Source of the DNA: the human T2T-CHM13v2.0 reference genome, Homo sapiens
Length of the DNA: 64,000 bases
NCBI RefSeq assembly: GCF_009914755.1
Contig: NC_060930.1
Direction: 5' to 3' (one strand)
Of this stretch, positions 52,070 to 64,000 are shown piece after piece. Within the stretch, counting starts at the first letter, position 1, and every line of letters starts with the position of its first letter. Below the pieces are notes generated by a model. That model did no database searches and was not told the DNA's origin. It saw only the letters and a list, made by a program, of their open reading frames with translations. Both the position numbers and the translations under genes were made by a program.

Positions 52070-54100
52070 AAAACTCATTTATCGTGGAAAATTTCAAATA
52101 TATAAGTAGACAGAATAGTATAATGAAACTCAGAGCACTCCTCTCCCATTTCAACAGTTATCATCGATATTTTTCCAATCTTTCATTTATTCTCCACCAC
52201 TTTTATTTCTTAAGCATTTAAAAACAGATCCCATAGGTATTCATTTTCTATTAGTGCTGATGAAATTACCTCGGTGACTTAAAACAACACAAATTTATTA
52301 TTTTACGGTGTCTGGCAGGGCTATGGCCCTTTCTTGAGGCTCCGGGGGAAAATCTGTTTCCTTGCTTTTTCCATCTGCAGGAGGCAGCCCACATCCCGCA
52401 TCCCGCAGCCCACAGCCCGCATCCTGCATCCTTTGTGTTATGGCCTCTCTTCTCTATCACTTATGTGATTAGATTGGGTGCACCTGGATAACCCAGGCCG
52501 ATCTATCTGAAGATCCTTAATTTAATCATGTCCACCAGGTTCCTTTTGCCATGCAAAGTAACACATTCACAGGTTCCAGGGATTAGAACACAGGCATCTT
52601 TAGGAGTCATTATTCAGCCCACTACACTAGACATTATGTAATTCACCCTAAATAATTCAGTGTGGATCTCCAACTGTTAAGGTATATCTCCATGCCATTA
52701 TCATACCTTAAAAATTTAAAAATAAATAGTAATAGCCAGTCCATCGTCAGTTTCCTGATTTGTTATAGCCTTCTTGCAGTTGGTTTGTTCAAATCAGGAT
52801 CCAAGCAAGGTCCACACATTGTATTTGGTCGTTTTATCTCCTAAGTCTTTTTTATTCTTTAAAAACTCCCTTATCTACCACCTCTTTTTAATATCTACCA
52901 CCTCTTTTTAATACCTTTGATTTGGTAGAGATATCAGGTTATGTGACCTGAAGGAGGTTCTACATTTTTGATTTGGTTGATTGCTTCCTCATGGTATTGT
53001 TTGGTTTGTTCCTCTGTCCCTTGGATTTCCTCTACACTGCTACTGAGTGTTGATCAGATTCAAGTTTGTTTGGCAGTACTTCAGAGGGAGTATATCACAT
53101 TATGAAACACACAGTGTTCAGCTGCCCCCCCTTTACTGATGCCAAAACTGACTGATACATTCAGGTGGTGTCCACCTGTCCCTTCCACTGGAAAGCTCCC
53201 CATCAACCTTTCATCTGATGATTTTGGGACCTTCAATGATTGTTGCTTGATACATTATTTCATTAGGAGTTGCAAAATGGTGATTTTTATATTTCTATTT
53301 TTCTTTTTTTGCACTTATTATTTGGAATTCTTCTAAAAAAATTTTCCCTAATAACAGTTTAGTTTCTCCAAAATCCAGTTCATGCAGGAAAGACAGGATA
53401 AATGCTTAATTCCTCTCAATTTTTAAAAGCAAGTTTTCAGAATAATGAGTTGGTGGCTTAGTAACTTGAAAAAAGGTACTGTAAATTTTCATTGTACAAT
53501 TGTTCTGAACCCATGGATGTATATCAGATATATATATTATTGGGTGTGTTTTAATCTTTTTGATGTTCATGTTATCCTATTGTAGGCCAATAGGAGCCCC
53601 TTCAAATAGACTCCGATGTCCTGTTTTAATGAGCAGACTCTCATTAAAATTAGTCTTTGATAGTTTCCCTGCTTTCTGGTTCAAGATATCAGGCTCATCT
53701 TGTATATTTATTGCACTAGACCTGAAGTCAAACATTTCTCTAAGAATGTTTGGTTTCTTTTGAAAGGAAATCGCATTTAGAGGCCACGATGTAGGAGCTT
53801 ACTGCTACTGGGTTGTCAGTTTCTAAGCCTTTTCAATGGATAGAGCTAGGAAATATGCTTTGTTAAGAGAACAAAGGATTCACATTGATTTTCCAATGTG
53901 AATTAAAATTACAATAAGACACCTGAATGCAGTATAAGATCTCTTTGTAGTTCTTTTTGTCCTGATAATATACCTTACCAGAGATGTATAATCAAAATAC
54001 TGTATTTTAAAGTGACCTGAAGTAATTCTTTACTCTGTGTGGCTGTATCACCAAATTGATACCAAAGTTAAGATTATTTCAGTTTGTTTGAATAATTTTT
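52070..54100 (-). mobile_element. L1MC-like 3' region with a nested MLT1 LTR (about 52240-52626)
   Basis: gaaaatttcaaatatataag...aatagtataatgaa and caggatccaagcaaggtccacacattg (L1MC); gacttaaaacaacacaaatttatt...cattattcagcccactaca (MLT1). Confidence 0.6.
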
Positions 54101-55776
54101 AAATATTCATCTAAATGAATATTCATTCATTTGTATATTATATATCGCCATAGCAGTGATTACTACTGGGAACTTACCTTGTTCATTGTTTGTTTCTTAT
54201 CTACTTCCCCCATTTAGCAGGTAAGCTCCGTAAGAGGAGGGTTCCCTTCTGTCTTGTACCCTGCTTATCCCCAGTACCTGGAATAATTTCTGACATGTAA
54301 TACACCTTCATAAGATGCCCATAAGATGGAAGCTGCTTTCTCATACATATCCCAACAGTGAGAGGTAGCATTATTATCCCGAATTAACAGATGAGGAGGC
54401 TCAGGCTCATGCAGGATAATTGCTCATACAGGGTTTCACATGTAGTCACAAGTGGAAACTTGAGGGAGGCTGGGCTGGTGGATAAGATTCTGGGCTTCCA
54501 GTAATTCTAGATTTGGATAAATTCAATTCCTGAGTAGAGAAACAGAGGCCCTAATGCCCTTGGTTCCTGGAAAAGGAAGCTGTATGGAGAACTTCTTCAC
54601 AGATGCAGGAAGCAAGGCAGGCCTGGGTCTCCCAGTGACTTCACCCCCTTGCACTTAAGCCATATTAAAAAATCCTCCCTACTTTTAATTTGCAACAAGA
54701 AAAAGGACTTATCCCAGAAGCGGTTCCCTGTGGTAGAAGGAGCATCGATGGAAAGTCAGAGACTTGCTTTAGAGATCTATCTTCATTGCATTTTGCCTGT
54801 GTGCCCCTCAAGACACGCAATCTCTGCAAACCTCAATTTCCTCATTTGTAAAATGGACTGACAGTTTCAGCCCTGATTACTTCTCAGTATTGTTGTAGGA
54901 TGAAAGGAGGCAGTGGATGAGAAAGCTCTTTGTGCTTGTAAAAGGCTTTCTAGACAGAAGGGGTATGATTGTCTCTCCCTCTACTCTCTTTTCTAGTGGC
55001 ATTTTATTAGAAATGTGTTCACCTCTGCCAAAGGCTTTCAAAGAAGTTGGCCAGAAATATTCTTACCCAGGAGGCAGGCAGATACTTTTTTGGAGGAAAT
55101 TATCAAATGAAGAACAAAAAGAAAACCCCAAACCAGAGAGTGGATGGAATAATTGGCTTTTAGTGATTACTCACTATGGAAGGGGGAAAAAAAGTAAGTC
55201 TTCAGAATAAACAGTGGAGTTAGAAATTTATGCTGATGAAAACTGAATGTAGCAAAATAATGGGTCCCCCTCACTGACCACACGCTCTGTGCCAGTTGCA
55301 TAACCAGCACTACCCCAAATCCTGCAAGACAGGAATTATCACCTCCATTTTATAGATGAGGAAATTGAAGCTCAAATAGGTCAAGTGACATGCCCAAGAA
55401 TAGACAGCTGACCAGAACCAGAACCAGAACTCAAAGCCTATGAAGTTCTCACTCCTGTGTATCATCTTCAAGTCCAGGGAAGTTTGGCAAACTCTATTAA
55501 GTCATAAGGGTGAGAGAATTACACATTTAATGTGAACCTAGGTGGAGGAGGGCTTCACTTTACTTGGTTAAGGGAACCTGCATTCTCCCTGTGTTGTTGA
55601 TGTGTGGTACAGTGCTTGGAACATAGAGGGCTCAATGAATAAAAGAGGAAAGACTGTTTCATAGAGAATTTTGGATGATCTACAGGAAAATGGAGTGACT
55701 ATCATGCTTGCAGACACTTTTAAGAGGCATAGAAGCCAGTGCTCAGCTAGTGGCCGTATTTGGCTTCATGGCCTCA

Positions 55777-56080
<304 letters not shown>

Positions 56081-59011
56081 TTAATCAAAAGCCACATGAT
56101 TCACTCCAGGAAGTGCAATAAGACAGGCTGCCATTTTACCTTCTCCATTTCAGGGCCAGTAAAAATGCTGATGCCCCTCCTGGTTCCATCACGTTTGGGT
56201 TCATGAAAGCGAGATCAACAGGAATGAGGAGACCTGTTTCAGACTGGGTTTCAGCACAAATTTATCGCATGCCTGCAGGCAAACCTACATTACAAAGCCT
56301 CAGTTTTCTGGACTATAAGTGGACAGAGATGCCAAAGTCACCACTGAGCACTTTCTAACCCCTCAGGAAGAGGTCTAGAACTTTGGCCATGTTCTATTTT
56401 TTATTTGCTTTTTAGCACGCACAAGTATTTGCTCTTGTGATTGTTTTTAATCTCCAGCGGTACCTCTCCTAAACCGTTCTGAGCCCCCTTTTCTGTTTAG
56501 GAGAACCGCATAGCCATCTCCAGTTCACTCCATGGTTCAATCTGTGTGGCCTTAAACCCCTCTTCACCTCAGATTTTCATCTGTAAAATGGAATAATAAC
56601 ATCAATCTCAGGACTGTGGTAAAGATTAAATAAGATATAAATGTGTGTATATTTGAGATAGGTGTTATATTTTAAGTACTTTTAGACAGGATTTTTTTCC
56701 CTTTTTATTACAGAAAGTTCTGTCCTGTTCTCTGATTTCTTTTCCCATTCCATCATCAGAACACAAATGACAGGAGTCAGTTGGAACCTGGAACTTCTAA
56801 TTCAGAAATCTTAACTTGAAACCACAATAGGGAGAAATGTTTTCCTCTGGTTTGAGACAAAGTGACAAAGAATGATGACTGCAAGTTGCTGGAGTTTAAT
56901 TATTACACATAATTATATACTTATTCTATATAAATACTTTTGCTACTTTTATTTTTCCCTAGAGGGGAATAAATGACTTAATTCTCTTTCCATTCTTTTC
57001 CTGATTGGAATTTTTACCCGTTGACTTCCCTGTTTCTCTCTTATAAAACATATCTCAGGTGATGAAACCTTGGAGCGGAATGAACAGCTTGAGGAAACTC
57101 AGGGCTTCTGTAGAAAGCAACAAGCTGTTGCTAGGGAGGCTGGAGAGAAGTGTATTTGTTTAACATCCTTATTCCTGCCTTGCTGAGTCCAGTGGCATGT
57201 TATTTCCACTGGGTGGGAGCCAACATTGAGTTCCTCCCTGTTGTGTCCAACCTTGAACATTTCTCTGCGATTATGTTTCATCCAGGGATTAGCAAAATGC
57301 AGAGGGGAAAAAACCTGAGAAGGTGTTTGGCACGGGGCTTAGTGCTGCGTTCGCACAATCTGCTTGCATTCTCGGCTAATTGGAGAACAGCAGCAAACAG
57401 AAGTGGCTCCGAAGCTCACGGGAACTCCTTATCTTAGCTTCTATAAATGGTTTATTTATTGAGTGTCAAGGTTTTTTGTTTGTTTGTCTTTTATAATCCC
57501 CAAGGAGACCCCAACTAAACACACAGTTCTCACTCCCTGCCTTGTCTTCACCATTACTTATCAGGAAATCTGAGAGCAGTGAGTGGAGCTAGGAATTCTC
57601 CCTTTCAGACTTGCCAAGTGTCATCACTTGGTGAATCTTGAAGATTCATTTTCCTTTTTTGTAAGTGGGATACACATAGCTGTTAGAAGAAGAAAAGGGG
57701 TTTCCAAATGAAAGATAAAGTTCTGTTACCTAAGATTTGCTTTTGGCAAAAGAAGTGCAAATTTCTGAGTTTGCCTCAGTCTGTCCATGGCTACCCCATC
57801 AAGACTTCAGAGTGGAGCTCTGTGGGGTCCACTCTGTGGGGCAGTGGGGTAGTGTCTGCCTGAGGTGCAGGATTGTGTCCAAGGCAACATCTGAGTGACT
57901 CTTCACCTCTTCTCTTCGCACCAGACTTGGCCTCCCTCGTGTTGCTGCTTGTCTTGAGCATAGAGCCCTTAGTGGAGACCTCAGTAGAGCAGACACGTGC
58001 CAGGAGGAAATAAAAAGGAGGCTGGCTCAGAAAAGAAAAGCAGTCCTCTCTGGGCCCAGGAGCCCGCACGCAACAGCTTCCACTCAAGCTTTCAGAACTC
58101 GAACCTTTTACAGTCCCTCTGTGAGGCCAGGGGGGAAGCAACACTTTAGCAGGTACTGAGCTGCCACCAAGTCGCAACAGAACTAGGAGCTCCAAGTTTC
58201 TTATTAAAACTCCAAGGCCGTTGGTTGCATTTAAATGAGCTGCAGCAGTCAAGTAGCAAGTGAGGTCACCAGCTGGTCCTGTAAAAACTGGTTGAGAGCT
58301 GTAGTCCTGGGGAAAAAAGCCAATAACCCCGAGATCTCAAGAAGACATCAGGAGAAGGGAGAAAACAGATTGAAAGTGCAGGCAGTAGGTCTGAGGCTGG
58401 GATATGTAGCTTGAGACAAAGTGTGACAGTGGAAAGAGACAAAAGTTCTAAGGCAGGCTGGCAGGGAGACCCAGAGTTAACAAGGAATAAGATAATTAAA
58501 GCAGCATGAAATCTCACAAAACCATAGTCTGGAATGAAGTGTCTGAGGGTGTGTAGGGTACAGCATCTTGCTAGGATTATTTGGCTTAGAGGATTACAAC
58601 ACCGTGCTAGGGAGACAAGGAGACCGAGATGGGGTCAGGCTCCATATGGATTGTATAGCCCCACCCCTGCTCCCATCCTATGGCCACAAATTATTCCTTC
58701 CTTTGGAGGAAGCTATTTTAAGGGAACACCATTACCCCAAAGGGGATCATGAGTGTGAAATTTTCGAAATGATTCTGAACTTTGTATCAGAAGACCTGGA
58801 TTCTAGTCTTCTAGTCCTAGGATTCTATCAGGATTCTAGTCCTGATACTGCCACTTACTAGCTCTTGGCAAGCAGCTTAACCTCTTAGAGTCTCTAGTTT
58901 CGTCATCTGGGAAGTGCATGCGTTGGATATATTATGCAAGATCACATAAGAGAAAGCGCTTTATAATTATAAAGACATTTAATTACTTACATGTAGAATG
59001 AGAAAAATAAG

Positions 59012-59184
59012 TTTTTTTTCTTTTTAATAGAGACAGGGTCTTGCTCTGTCACCCAGGCTGGAGTGCAGTGCTGTGATCATGGCTAAGTGCAACCTCTAAC
59101 TCCTGAGCTCAAGTGATCCTCCTGTCTCAGCCTACCAAGTAGCTGGGACCAGAGGTGCACACCACTGCACCAGCTAATTTTTAG

Positions 59185-59222
<38 letters not shown>

Positions 59223-59336
59223 GAGACAGGGTCTCACTATGTTGCCTAGGCTTGTCTTGAACTTCTGGCCTCAAGTGATCCTCCCAGCTCGGCCTCCCAG
59301 AGTGCTGGGATTATAGGTGTGAGCCTGCACCTGGCC
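59012..59336 (-). mobile_element. AluJ with a long middle T-run
   Basis: gagacagggtcttgc...ctcaagtgatcctcc diagnostics. Confidence 0.88.
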
Positions 59337-59349
59337 AATAAAAGCTATT

Positions 59350-59880
59350 AGTAGAGAGTTGGTAGATGGATTGCAAAAATATCCACACTTCACCACCCTT
59401 CCCTATTGCTGTGCCCTTTGCAGTGTCACTTTGCAGTTCCTCTCAGAAAGAGGTAGAGCCTACTTTCCCACCCCGTGAATGTAGGCAGGGCTTGTGGTAT
59501 ATTTTGGCCTTGAATGTGGCAGAAGTGACGTTGACATTGTACCAGTTCTGAGCCTAGGGCTCAAGAGACCCTCTCATGGAATCCTGCTGCCTCTATATGA
59601 ACCACCCAGGGCCAGAAGGGTAAGACTACATGGAGAAGAGCCCACTTGTCTTAGCCACAGCCATCCTATGCCAGACGCAGCCACCTGACCCCTAAACAGA
59701 TGATAGTGTCCAGCCAGGATCAGCAGAGCTGCCAACCAACACACAGAACGCAGATGCAGATGCACGAGTAAGTCACCTGAGACCAGAAGATCTCTGGACT
59801 CATCCACAATAATAAATGCATGTTGGTTTAAGCTACTGAGTTCTAGGATTTTGTTAGGTGGCAATAGCTAACTGATATGG
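59350..59880 (+). mobile_element. MLT1-type LTR
   Basis: ttctgagcctagggctcaagag...aataaatgcatgttggtttaagctactgagtt...gcaatagctaactgata. Confidence 0.65.
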
Positions 59881-62800
59881 ACCTTGTGGAGTATTTTGCC
59901 AAAAATTAATCAATCAGAACTAATAGTTAAGGGCAAAGTCAGTATAAGTAATGGCAGTGGCACATGCAGTCCATCACAGAGAGGGGCAATATGGCCACCA
60001 GCCCTGAGGGTCTCTTCCTTGGGTCACACTCTCCGGCAGGAGGATGGGATGGCACATCAAATGATGTCTTGGTCATGTCTTAGGTAGACTTGGGGTTCAG
60101 AACAATGTAATATGAGTCTGTGTGAGGCAGTTTCTGAAAGGAAAGTCCATGTTTCTTTGAAGTTTATAAAAACACAATTGTAACAATGAGTGAAGTATCT
60201 CTGTGGAACCTGCTAAAATAATACGCAGCATTGTAAATGTAATAATTTGAAGTCAAAGTCCCCCTTCCTGACTTACAGGTTTACCAAATTAACCTGCGAA
60301 ATTAACATCCTTCTTGCAAAGACAAAGAAACTTCCAAGAATGGACTGAAATGTCATGTGTCATCTCCAGCATAGCCTCAGCTCTGAGACATGCTGGGACT
60401 TCAGTGGAGGCTGCTGGGTGGGACGAAGTAGTCAAAAAATGTATGCTTCTGGAGTTAGGGTAGATAAAGGGAGTGTAGGACGAGCTCTAGTCCAAATTGC
60501 TGTCCCGAGTGTGTGATAAACAGAGCTCTGGTGTGGGGTGTCCATGCACAAGTCTGCACTGCTGAGTGGGGCATGGCAGGAGTCTCTGCAGAGGCAGTGG
60601 TCAGGAGGCTGGCTCCTGGGGACCTCCCCCAACAAGGTGAAGCTGCATCATAGCCAGAGGATAAAGGGGTAGGAAACAAGAGTGTCCTGGCAGTGGTGGA
60701 GGGGGTGACAGGATGGGTCCTTGCATCATTCCAGTGGACTGGGGCAGGGACTGGACTAAGACTGCAGGTTCATGGCCCTGAGTTCCTCTGGAAGTCTGTG
60801 GCAATCATGGATGACCAGTGAAGAGCATCTGAGCCACTGGTCATTCTGTGCAAATGGTAGATGTCACTGAGTGATCAGTGGCAGGTAGGTATTTCACAAA
60901 GAACTTGTGGAAGAAAGTGGAGCACCAGTGGGTCCATGCCCAGAAATCAGAATACTCGCCACAAAATATCTAGAGCCATCAGGATGGGAGAAGAATGGAT
61001 GTGGAGGGAGCGGCAGGCTCCCTTGGCTGAGAAGATACCACCTTTGCGGGTGGTGGGGACCAGCACTTCATGTTCCTGTGCTCATCTCGGAAAGTTGTGA
61101 ATGGATCTTAGAGGACCCAAGACTTCTTTCTGCTCTAAACTTCAGTGATTCCATGATTTTATGCAGATTTAAGACCAGCTAGGCCACCCTCAGGCTGCAT
61201 TTCCTCCAGTGCAGAACTAAACCAGCCCCTACTTTGGATGGAACACATAGCTCTCTCTCTAGATACGGGTTCTGCAGGTTTCTGGCTGAAAATCGTTCCT
61301 CAATTTTCAATCAGCTGTGGCTGATTCTGGAACTCTGAAAGGTTCCAGACTTGCTGTCTAGGATGAAAGACCTTATTCTGTAGCACTTTTTCCATAGAAG
61401 CAATGACCTCATTTATATTCACTGCTGACCCAGCCAGCATTTAAGGTGCAGAATCTGCCCCTTCAGTATGGCAAGTCCTGATTCCTCCAGGGCCAGCCCC
61501 AGGGCTTCTGCAAGCACACACAGTGACTTTGTACAAACAAGCCAAATGGATCCTCATGAGGCAGAAGAATTACGAAAAAGTGCCTCCTCTAGGTAGGGGA
61601 ATGATAAAACAACGCTCCCTCTGAGTGGACCTTGCTCCTGGCTGACACAACTCCTGTGCCAGGATGCAAGGCTTGGCAAGTGAAGGCCAAAATGAAAGTT
61701 AGTCTCCATCAATGCCTTCCTGGCCTGGTTTCTTTGTGTAGGGCACAGTCTGTAAAACTCTGCCAGGTCCTGTTTGCTGCTGCCTAGAACCAAACAGCCT
61801 CACACCTTGCTCTTACAGGGCCTGTGCCCACTTAGGACAAGTGGGATTCAAGTCGAGTGGCCAGGAAGTCTGAAGGGAGTTGAGGAGTAAGAAGGCATGA
61901 GGAACAACCTCCTTCATTAGACCTGTGCTCCTGTCCTGACAGACTTCTTTGAACTTCTTGCCACTTGCTGATTAAGTGACTGAGGGGACTCAGGTGAGCT
62001 GGAGGACACCCCCGTCTTTCTCCAACAGGTGAAACAAGGTGGTTCTTTTCTGTAAGACAAATGTGGGTAATAAACAGAAAAAAGGCCAGCAAACAGATCA
62101 AGTTCCATAAAAACAAAAGCAATCAGTGCACCCTCTATGACGTAGGTTCACAGAAATGACAGACCAAGTGTGTGAGACACGTCCTGTGCAGGGACACGTG
62201 TGACCTTCCGAGCTGTGGGGGAAGGTGCAGCTCAGCGCAAACCGTACTCAAGATGAGTTTTATTTCCCTTCTGGTGTATCTCCAGAGCATGCTGGCAAGT
62301 GAGTGAGTCCACTGTTTCTTGCTTCTCGGCATCAGTGACATCATCACTTAATAAGTTAGGGAATCACAACCACATTTCAAAGAATCATTCAGTTTTCTCA
62401 TTAAGATTCTATAGGATTTTTTTTTTCCACAGCAACAGTCTTGCCAAAATAATGTTAAAAATAGACCTGGTAATACTTTTCACATTTGTAGGCAGTCATG
62501 AATGTTTAACAGTGTTTATGTCCAGCAGATGCACATAACTTAAGAATTAGGCATGAGATTTTACACAGTAATACAGAGTACATATATTGTCAAAAGGATT
62601 TTTTTTTTTAAATAAAGCAAATACCAAGCCTGGGGAAGAAAAACCTGTTCCCACTTCATCTTCTTGTAGGAAAGTGTTTAATGCATAAAAAATTGGGAGG
62701 AAAAGGCATATGTAAAATGTTTGTGAAAAAAGTTTTCAACAGTGATTAAATTTGGATATTCTGACTCACTTAAGTGCATATGGTAAATTCTCAAAATTCA

Positions 62801-64000
62801 AGGGTCTGAATTCTGGCTCCCGAAGTAGAGAATTATTTTGGAGACAGGTAGCGTCCTATGCTTGTCTGAGTCTGCATGGCTTGGGAAAGGGACACATAGG
62901 TTTGGGGCGAGCTGAGAGGTGGTTAAGGTCAGAGGTCCCTCTGCTGAGAAAATGCACCGAGTCTGACTGCCTGGAATTTCTCAGTGAGATAAGCTCTACA
63001 GGTCACTGGCCTACAGAAAATGAGATGCTACCTTAAAAGAGGTAAATGAAGTAAAATGTAATTATAATGATTTTAAAACAGAAGTTCTACACATTAATAA
63101 CTTTATTTGGGGGACTGTCCCTAGTGAGTCCCAATTAAATCACTGGCTCCCAAAAAAACTGGCCTAGATGGCCTTTAAAGAATCTTTTTACAGCTGGGCC
63201 TACTTGACATTTTGGAAATGTAAACGTGCCTCCATGCATTTGGAGGATGGCTACATGGATGTTTCCTGAGTTCCCAGCTCTCCTTTTTTATTAATAGTTG
63301 TAACTGATCAACAGACGATACAGAATTGATGGCTGTATAAATATAGCTCTTAAATATAGTCATCGTAACTTTCTGATTAGCTTTGGCTGGAACTTTTTTA
63401 ACTTCTAGCCGTACATCTACAAATGGAAGTTTTCTTGCTTTGGGGGTAATCACATAGATGGAGATTAACTCTCTTTTTCTCCCAGGCTCTAAAAATTATT
63501 TTGACCAAAATGTTTAAGTCAGGGGTTTCATGTAGACACAGCTTACATGAGTCATTAAGAATTTTATTGGTTAAAGTAGGCATATTTTTTTCCTAGTAGA
63601 CATAATGACATAACAGTAATAAAAATGTAATATTCAAGTAATTGGTGTAATGTAATTACAGTTTGGTCATAAAGTAAGATTAGAAGTCTGAGATGGCTGT
63701 TTTGTGGGTGTGCACTTTAGCGTCTGAATGTAGTCTTCGAGGTGCCTGCCTGGTCTCCCTGGAATGCTAGTGCAGTTCATCACATAACCAGGTGGCTGGG
63801 CGCCCAGCTGAGCCAGCATTATCTGTGAGTCCTGTTTACCCAGTCTGCCCTGTCTGGACGTTGGTGTCCTGCCTGCTTCAGATACCTAACCATCACAGGA
63901 ACTGAAAACAGTGTTTCTGGTTTTATATAGACAACAAAAGGGGGAAATAAAGGCCAGGGTCCTCACTAGGCAAGGGACAGACGGAGTTCCAGTGCCATCC

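Noticed and set aside
57791-58252. 153-aa minus-strand ORF
   Set aside because: Non-ATG start, low-information composition and no recognisable homology.

Overview
Primate (human/great-ape-like) genomic DNA, rich in repeats, with no recognisable cellular protein-coding exon. Every long ORF is a LINE-1 ORF1/ORF2 fragment. Bases 245-26753 are one minus-strand ERV1 (MER4-group, MER65-like) provirus with both LTRs, a PPT, a degenerate tRNA-Ser PBS and a CpG-decayed 4-bp TSD. It has been inflated from about 7 kb to 26.5 kb by four L1s, two Alus and a MER50-like solo LTR. Two full-length L1s of different ages (L1-A at 4312-11295 on +, L1-B at 11328-17345 on -) sit tail-to-tail with their TSDs 2 bp apart, forming a near-palindrome. 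A third inverted L1 (L1-C, 19649-23422) lies nearby. The most unusual signal is apparent repeated gene conversion among these inverted L1s: a 461-bp perfectly identical tract, the same non-CpG nonsense mutation at ORF2 codon 4 in A and B, and about 19 shared derived variants (frameshifts and a stop included) between A and C. The rest holds a twin-primed L1, a triple-nested LTR>L1MA>THE1 stack, MaLR/ERVL/MIR/L2/old-L1 fragments, several Alus (one AluYd-type), a (GGAT)n repeat and repeat-poor stretches. Subfamily names come from recalled diagnostic motifs, not from a database search.
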